DNA from: Octopus sinensis
Lineage: Eukaryota
Direction: 5' to 3'
DNA: 64,000 nucleotides
Assembly (NCBI RefSeq): GCF_006345805.1
Contig: NC_043020.1
Span: 20,832,001 to 20,896,000 of the forward strand
The notes under the pieces were generated by a model. It saw only the letters and a program-made list of their open reading frames with translations. It did not search any database and had not been told where the DNA came from. This document shows, piece after piece, positions 56,962 through 64,000 of the stretch (its first letter is position 1; each line of letters opens with the position of its first letter). The translations under genes were made by a program, and so were the position numbers.

Positions 56962-58665
56962 GTGGAGGAATTCAAGACAGGTTGCCCCTGAGAGCTCCTC
57001 TATGCTGACGACCTCGCTCTAATTGCTGAGTCACTATCAGAACTGGAGGAGAAGTTCCAGGTGTGGAAAGAGGGTTTAGAATCGAGGGGCCTTAGAGTCA
57101 ACCTAGCTAAAACCAAAGTACTAATAAGTAGAAAGGTAGACAATCCACAAATGTCCTCAGGAAGATGGCCCTGCTCGATCTGTAGAAAAGGTGTAGGTAG
57201 AAACTCTATAAGATGTACCCAGTGTAAGCTATGGACACATAAGAGGTGCAGCAATGTCAAAGGTAGGCTAACTGGGAAGATAGTTTTTGTATGTGGCAGA
57301 TGCTCGGGAGCATTGATCTCCGAAAATCTGCAGAAAACAACTTCCATCACTTTCCAGGGGGAAAAATTAGAAGTAGTTGATAGCTTCCGTTATCTAGGTG
57401 ACCAAGTCAGTAGTGGGGGTGGGTGCGCTGAGAGTGTAACTGCTAGAATAAGAATAGCCTGGGCAAAGTTTAGGGAGCTCTTACCTCTGCTGGTGACTAA
57501 AGGCCTCTCGCTCAGAGTAAAAGGCATGTGTACGAACTGAGTATGATGCATGTGTACGAACTGCCATGCTACATGGCAGTGAAACATGGGCCGTGACTGC
57601 TGAGGACATGCGTAAGCTCATGAGGAATGAAGCCAGTATGCTCCGATGGATGTGTAATGTCAGTGTACTTACTCGACAGAGCGTTAGTTCTTTGAGAGAA
57701 ATGTTGTACCTAAGAAGCATCAGTTGTGGTGTGCAAGAGAGACGATTGCGCTGGTATGATCATGTGGCGAGAATGGATGAAGATAAGTGTGTGAGAAAGT
57801 GCCAATCCCTAGCAGTTGAGGGAACCCGTGGAAGAGGTAGACCCAGGAAAACCTGGGACGAGGTGGTGAAGCATGACCTTCGAACGTTAGGTCTCACTGA
57901 GGAAATGACTAGAGACCGAGACCTATGGAAGTATGCTGTGCGTGAGAAGACCCGGCAAGACTAGTGAAGCCATAACCCGTGGCCCCTACCTGGGACGTAG
58001 TCAGTCCACCTGTGCATACCTTCCTGCTTGTGACACTTGTGAAGACCTGTTGAGGCAAGTGAAAATCAAAATCAAATCAAATCAAATCAAATCAAACCAA
58101 ATCAAAATAGATGAACACCAATGGAATTTGTATCCTTGTGGTACCTTGTGGCACATAAGAAAACCGTCCGAACGGGACCGTAGCCAGTACTGCATCGACT
58201 GGCCTCCGTGCTGTGGGCACGTAACAAACACCATCCGATCGTGGCTGTTCGCCAGCCTCGTCTGGCACTTGTGTCGGTGGCACATAAGAAAACACCGAAA
58301 ACACCATCCGAGCGTGGCCGTCTGCCAGCCTCATCTGGCACCTGTGTCGGTGGCACATAAAAAACACCATCCGAGCGTGGCCGACTGCCAGCCTCGTCTG
58401 GCACCTGTGTTGGTGGCACATAAAAAACACCATCCGAGCGTGGCCGTCTGCCAGCCTCGTCTGGCACCTGTGTCGGTGGCACATAAAATCACCCACTACA
58501 CTCTTGGAGTGGTTGGCGTTAGGAAGGGCATCCAGCTGTAGAAACACTGCCAGATCTGACTGGCCTGGTGCAGCCTTCGGGCTCGCCAGACCCCAGTTGA
58601 ACCGTCCAACCCATGCTAGCATGGAAAGCGGACGTTAAACGATGATGATGATGATGATGATGATG
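56962..58665 (+). mobile_element. RTE-X-like LINE 3' portion with expanded 3' UTR
   Basis: ORFs 57061..57540 and 57566..57964 are highly similar to 28995..30086. Frameshift from a local duplication at about 57525-57560. Four 63-bp units at 58226-58486; (GAT)n tail. Confidence 0.92.
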
Positions 58666-58673
58666 TATGTATG

Positions 58674-58715
<42 letters not shown>

Positions 58716-58723
58716 TATGATAA

Positions 58724-61340
58724 GATGGGTGCCCCCTTGTTATCGAGTATGGCCATTGCATGAGCTTAACTGTTAACAGTGTTGTGATCGAATGTGACTT
58801 TTTAGCCCAGCCAAAGATCTATAATGTCTTGTACAGAATTGGCAGCTAAAACATTTACTGGCAATAGCTGGCTGTAATTGTAATTGGGCTTCCTGTATCT
58901 TTGCATGTCGTTTAAACCCTCCAACTGAATCACACACCCTTCCACATACCTGACAGTTATAATTAGTATGGTGTATAGCACCACCACCAGCGGCCTGGTA
59001 GTCAATCATCAGTCTTTCTTTATGACTACAAAGATGACTCATGAGATCAGCTTTACTGAAGCAGGGTCTTGCACAGACACTGCATGTCAGCATCATAGGA
59101 AGACCCTTATCGTCTGGAAGTGTAACAGCGATGCCCTTCCTGACATCCCTCCTTACTTTCTCATTCGCAACTCGAGATTTCTCAAAAGTAGCTGTCCCCT
59201 CGTGCACAATCCTTCTCCACCTGCTACGATCAATAGCTATGCCCTCACATGTGTCAGGAGAGATGCTAGCATCTTTCATGGAAGCCTTCAGCTAGTCTTT
59301 ATACCTCTTTTTTGGTTTATGTGGAGGTCATTCTCCTTTAGCTAACTCTCCATAAAAGAGTTGTTCTGGCATCCTCGAATCTTTCATCCTGACCAAATGA
59401 CCACTCCATCTGAGACTTTGCTTCAACACAAGAGCTTCTATACTTTCACGCCAAGAGATTGCCAATATCTCAAGATCACTGATGTGGTGCTCCCAATTAA
59501 TGCCATAGATCCATCTGAGACACATCTGATGGAAACTTTCCAGCTGTTATGTGACCTAGGTCTCACAGGCATAGAGAAGAGAAGAGAGCACACACACCTT
59601 GTACACCTTTATCATTGTCTTCTTGCATATGTCTTGCCAATTCCAGAGGTGCCTTTCTAGCCTTCTGAAAGCATCACTTGCTTTCCTAATTCTGTATGGA
59701 ATTTCACTATCCAAATTGCTACATCTATTAACAGTGCTTCCTAGGTAGACAAACTGATCCTCTACACCAAGTCGTTTACCATACACATAGATATTTGGTT
59801 CACTATACTGCTTACCAGTGGCAGGTTGGTACATGACAACAGTTTTCTTGAGACTGACCATCAATCCTAAGGCAGTGCAAGCATCAGAGAATGCATTCAA
59901 AATGTATTGCATATCAATCTCTGTGTGCGCTACTAGATCACAATCATCTGCATACAAAAGGTCTCTTATGATAGAGGTAAATACCTTTGTTTTTGCAGCA
60001 AAGCACCTGATATTAAATATGCTGCCAATAGGTTCGATAATGGATGTAAACTCCATATCTGCAATTTCTGAACGCAGTACAGAAAACCATCACAAAATAT
60101 ATGGCAAATAGGGTCAGTGCCAGAATATCCCCTTTTCACCCCATTTTGTATTGAAATGGGCTCCGACATTTTCCCACTAACATTAACCCTACCCTTCATG
60201 TCTTCATGAAAAGACCTAACCAAAGCAAGGAACTTTTCAGGGCACCCAAGTTTCTGGATGTCTTTCCACAGTGCATTTCTATTAACGGTATCAAAGGCTT
60301 TTGTCAGATCAACAAAAACCTGATACAAATCCAGAGCCCGTTCCACACACTTCTCCTGAAGCTGTCTAGCTGAAAAGATCATATCAGCAGTGCCACATCC
60401 CACACGAAAGCCAGATTGACTTTCTGGAAGAACACAATCTGAAACATGTTTCAGCAGATGATCCAGAAGTACTCTGCATAAAACCTTTCCTATGACAGAA
60501 AGCAATGATATTCCCCTATAGTTACCACAATCATTCCTGTTGCCCTTTCCCTTATACAAGACCACCATTGCTGTATCTCTCCAGTCCTCAGGTACAGATT
60601 CACTAGCCCATATCTTACCAAAGAAAGAGTGAAGTTGCTGCAGAAGTTTCTTACCACCATGCTGTAACAACTCCGCATATATGCCATCCATACCCGGAGA
60701 TTTCCCATTATTCATCCTTGAGACAACTTCTTCCAACTTTGGTGGTTCTGCGAGTGCTGCCTTCACGGGTAATCCAGGGATGAGATTGAGAACATCCTCA
60801 CTAACTACAGACTGCTGATTCAAAAGTTCATCAAAGTGTTCTTGTCACCTTCACAGAATTCCTTGTGAATCCCGAAGAAGTTCTTTACCATCCCTGCTTC
60901 GAAGTGGTGTCATCAGAGAAGAAGTCAGTCCATAAACTTCTTACAAGAGACCATACAGCAGCTTTGTGTTATTGGAATTTGATGCTGCCTGTATCTCAGC
61001 AGCCTTCTTACTCCACCACATATCCCTCATCTGAGAGAGCCTTTGCCTCACACGTGATTTTACATCCTTGAGTTCCCTATGCAACACCTCCCTTTCCTGT
61101 GGCTTTGCTGACAAATAGCGTGACAAAGTACATCTTTTATCAGCCAATAAATCATCTATATGTTCATCATTTTCTTTAAACCAATCTTGATGCTTTCTTT
61201 AAATCAATCCCAGAACTTTCCTACCTATATCACAAACTGACTTTTTAAGGGTCAGCCAATCCTCCCCTATTTCATATAATAGAAAAAATAATCTAACGAG
61301 TATATCTGAAGGTAAACTCATGGTGTCAGTTTGCACAGCA
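58724..61340 (-). mobile_element. 5'-truncated RTE/BovB-like LINE, frameshifted, with three C-terminal C2H2 fingers
   Basis: NYRGISLLSVIGK, PESQSGFR..GTADMIFSARQLQEKC, DLTKAFDTV, DLLYADDCDL, LRWSGHLVRM..RMPEQLFYGEL; ORF 58773..59279 carries CX2CX12HX3-4H motifs. Confidence 0.92.
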
Positions 61341-61385
61341 TGAAGTAATACTTATAGGATAAAACCAAAATTACCAGCAGGGTTT

Positions 61386-61608
61386 TCTTTTACTTGTTTC
61401 AGTCATTTGACTGCAGCCATGCTGGAGCACCGCCTTTAGTCGAGCAAATCTACCCCAGGACTTATTCTTTGTAAGCCTAGTACTTATTCTATCAGTCTCT
61501 TTTGCTGAACTTCTAAGTTACGGTGATGTAAACACCGGCATCGGTTGCCAAGCGATGATGGGTGACAAACACAGACACACAAACATATACACACACACAT
61601 ACATATAG

Positions 61609-61642
<34 letters not shown>

Positions 61643-61772
61643 GATGGGCTTCTTTCAGTTTCCGTCTACCAAATCCACTCACAAGGCTTTGGTCGGCCCA
61701 AGGTGCCACACAGTGGGACTGAACCCAGAACAATGTGGTTGGTAAGCAAGCTACTTACCACAGAGCCACTCC
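61386..61772 (-). mobile_element. Full-length SINE-A
   Basis: tRNA-like head ggagtggctctgtggtaagtagcttgc...gggttcagtcccactg, central TA/CA tract, tail ggcggtgctccagcatggctgcagtcaaatgactgaaacaagtaaaa. Confidence 0.88.
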
Positions 61773-62405
61773 TGCATATATATTATACTTCATTAATTAT
61801 CTCCTACTTTAGTTAATACTTAAATTTATTAAATATGAAGCAACTACACATGTTTCAGTATTGGAAGATTGCAATATATATACATATACACAACTGTATA
61901 TACACACACACACACACACACATATATAAGTACATATATGCAATCGTCAGATTTACAATTATTCCAACACATCTTCAAGTTCTTTTTCAAAATATTATAT
62001 ATCTAATTTTACATCCCTTTAAAAAATAAGCAATAGAATTAAGTATTAAAGATTAAAAATTATGAATTATACTTTGTAAATTGTAGATTATAAATATGAA
62101 TTAGTATATATATATTAATCATGTAAAATCAAGTATATGTCAAATACAAAATGTGAGATATAAGATTAAACATCAGAATAAAAATGTCTGTGTTTAAATG
62201 TGACATTTAACAAGAAATATTCAAATACATATCTTCCTTTTTTTACTGGTACTAAAATGATGATTAGAGGAAGAAGATAGCAGGGAACTATGGGATTTTA
62301 TAGGTGATTAGTACCAAGAGGAGTAATTACACTATACATTGTTTTAATTTTAAATTATCCTCTATTATCATTTTCAAATTTACCTATATTGGGAGATATA
62401 TATAA

Positions 62406-63028
62406 TTACCTCCGCCAAGGAAGGAGGTTGTTTTCATCGGCATTGGTTTATCCATCTGTGTGCAAAATAACTCAAAAAGTTGTGAATGGTATTTGATGAA
62501 ACTTGCAGGAAAAGTTGGTAATGACACAAGGAAAAGATGATGAACTTTTGGTAGTGATCTGGGAATTTTTATGGATTCTTGGCAGATTTTTCATTTGTTA
62601 TATTTACTTTACATGAAGTATTACAATTTTACGTTCTTTGATTATCTCCCTTGAAAACATGTTCATTGTTTCTACGTAACTTATGGTGGTGTTGCTGATC
62701 CCAAAGTTTATTTTCGTTTCTCTATTAGTTATTTTACTCATGTTGTGTGTGTATCACTCAAGTTTTGGGCAATTGTTGTTTCTTTTTAGTTGTATGGTGA
62801 AACTAGCTTGCTGTTGTCATTGATGTATTATAACTTCTTCAGATGATTCCTGTTTTTAAAGGGTATTTTAAAAAAAAATCATATGGCTGTGTTTTTTTTT
62901 TAACCCCACCAGGGAGGTTATGTTTTTGCCGGCGTTGTTTTGAGAAATTGGGCGATTTTCAGCATGCGTGTGTATGGGTGGAAATGAGCTGCTTGGCGGA
63001 GGTCTGTGCTCTCCAAGTGCTTTTCTAG
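62406..63028 (+). mobile_element. Helentron/DINE-1-like non-autonomous element
   Basis: Perfect 12-bp subterminal inverted repeats acctccgccaag (62408-62419) and cttggcggaggt (62992-63003), a degenerate 3' hairpin, then CTAG-TT at 63025-63030. Confidence 0.75.
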
Positions 63029-63194
63029 TTTGTTATCATATAATTTTAGTAATATTTAATTCATATATTTATTTAAATTATTGCATTATTTTTTATTTAT
63101 ATAGTCTATACAAGTGCTTTAGAAATTAAATTATGTGGTTATTTGATTCAGTTCTTCATTTTACTAAATGTAAAATTACTTTGGTGCCTACATT

Positions 63195-63725
63195 TACCTC
63201 CTCATTCATCATAGTAGTAGTTTCATAAATTCTGTTATGCATAATAAACACATGTTATTCCCATTATAGGAGTGGGTTCTACCTATTATACTCCAGTTAA
63301 GGGCGTACTCTCTTTTTCTAGATTTTAGTTCTCATATATATTTACTTAAGCCTGTGGGCTTACTTAAATTAGGATTTTTGAAGGTCTGGTAGAGTTGGGA
63401 TATTCTTTTTTTAATGTCATTAGCTGTTGATCCAATATAAGCCTTATTTATAATTTTATTATTATTGTTCTTAGAGGTTACTCTACATTTATAAATTACA
63501 TTATTAATATTACAATTATTAGAGAGTTTACATTTAGTCTTATCACGACATGAACATTTTTCTATATGTTGATTAAGACTTCTATCACTATTGGTTATAT
63601 TATTGCTAGAGTTATTATTTATTATACTATTATAATAATTATTTATAGAGGAAATGATATTACATATGTTTCTCAATGTTGAGTATCCCACTTTTATGGT
63701 TTTATTGGAAAATATATTTGAATAA
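63195..63725 (-). mobile_element. Penelope-like GIY-YIG fragment, cut by a SINE-A
   Basis: CSCRDKTKCKLSNNC..NVIYKC...YIGSTAN.IKKRI...TGLSKYI*ELKS...NWSII...MCLLCITE, where TGA replaces a conserved W. Confidence 0.85.
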
Positions 63726-63729
63726 CCGC

Positions 63730-63895
63730 AGGAGTGGCTGTGTGGTAAGTAGCTTGCTAACCAACCACATGGTTCTGGGTTCAGTCCCACTGCGTGGCAT
63801 CTTGGGCAAGTGTCTTCTGCTATAGCCCCGGGCCAACCAATGCCTTGTGAGTGGATTTGGTAGACGGAAACTGAAAGAAGCCTGTCATATATATG

Positions 63896-63956
<61 letters not shown>

Positions 63957-64000
63957 ATGTATTTGAGTGTCTGTGTTTGTCCCCCTAGCATTGCTTGACA
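63730..64000 (+). mobile_element. SINE-A, truncated by window end
   Basis: ggagtggctgtgtggtaagtagcttgc...gggttcagtcccactgcgtggc...gaaactgaaagaagcc, then TA/GT tract. Confidence 0.88.

Noticed and set aside
58226-58486. Regularly spaced repeats resembling a CRISPR array
   Set aside because: Contiguous 63-bp tandem units with no unique spacers, inside a LINE 3' UTR in a eukaryotic intron; no cas genes.
58092-58622. Overlapping 126-202 aa ORFs with repeated peptides (PPTQVPDEAG...)
   Set aside because: Open frames created by the 63-bp (21-codon) tandem repeat in a LINE 3' UTR.

Overview
This is AT-rich, repeat-saturated animal genomic DNA. The repeat landscape looks most like an octopus/coleoid cephalopod genome, which is an inference from recognition and was not tested. 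The only host gene I can support is epsilon-tubulin (TUBE1) on the minus strand. I reconstructed nine coding exons by hand with GT-AG boundaries and matching phases: 53876-53949, 26329-26439, 23417-23532, 21352-21473, 19705-19771, 11328-11448, 10673-10866, 3084-3224 and 1-132 (cut by the window edge). The ATG exon and the C-terminal exons lie outside the window. Everything else is intronic: a full-length dead DD34D mariner, a deleted mariner with long inverted ends, a Tigger/pogo relic, three rolling-circle (Helitron/Helentron-type) non-autonomous elements, LINE relics of five clades (Tx1/L1, CR1, RTE-X-like, RTE/BovB-like, R4/Dong-like), five Penelope-like (GIY-YIG) fragments, several tRNA-headed SINE families, MITE/foldback elements, large (TA)n/(AAT)n microsatellites and one 100-N gap. 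The most interesting signals are: (i) minimal hammerhead ribozyme motifs in Penelope-like termini, including a pair in opposite orientations inside a ~335-bp inverted repeat, one of them sense to the TUBE1 pre-mRNA; (ii) a strand-polarised set of SINE, Dong-like and Tx1-like insertions around (AAT)n tracts; (iii) a short element sharing its 3' tail with a nearby RTE LINE that carries three C-terminal C2H2 fingers; (iv) many intronic inverted repeats that could form dsRNA; (v) one intron apparently absent and one extra relative to human TUBE1. I found no CRISPR array, rRNA or true tRNA gene, and no clearly new biological system. TE boundaries are approximate unless TIR/TSD positions are given.
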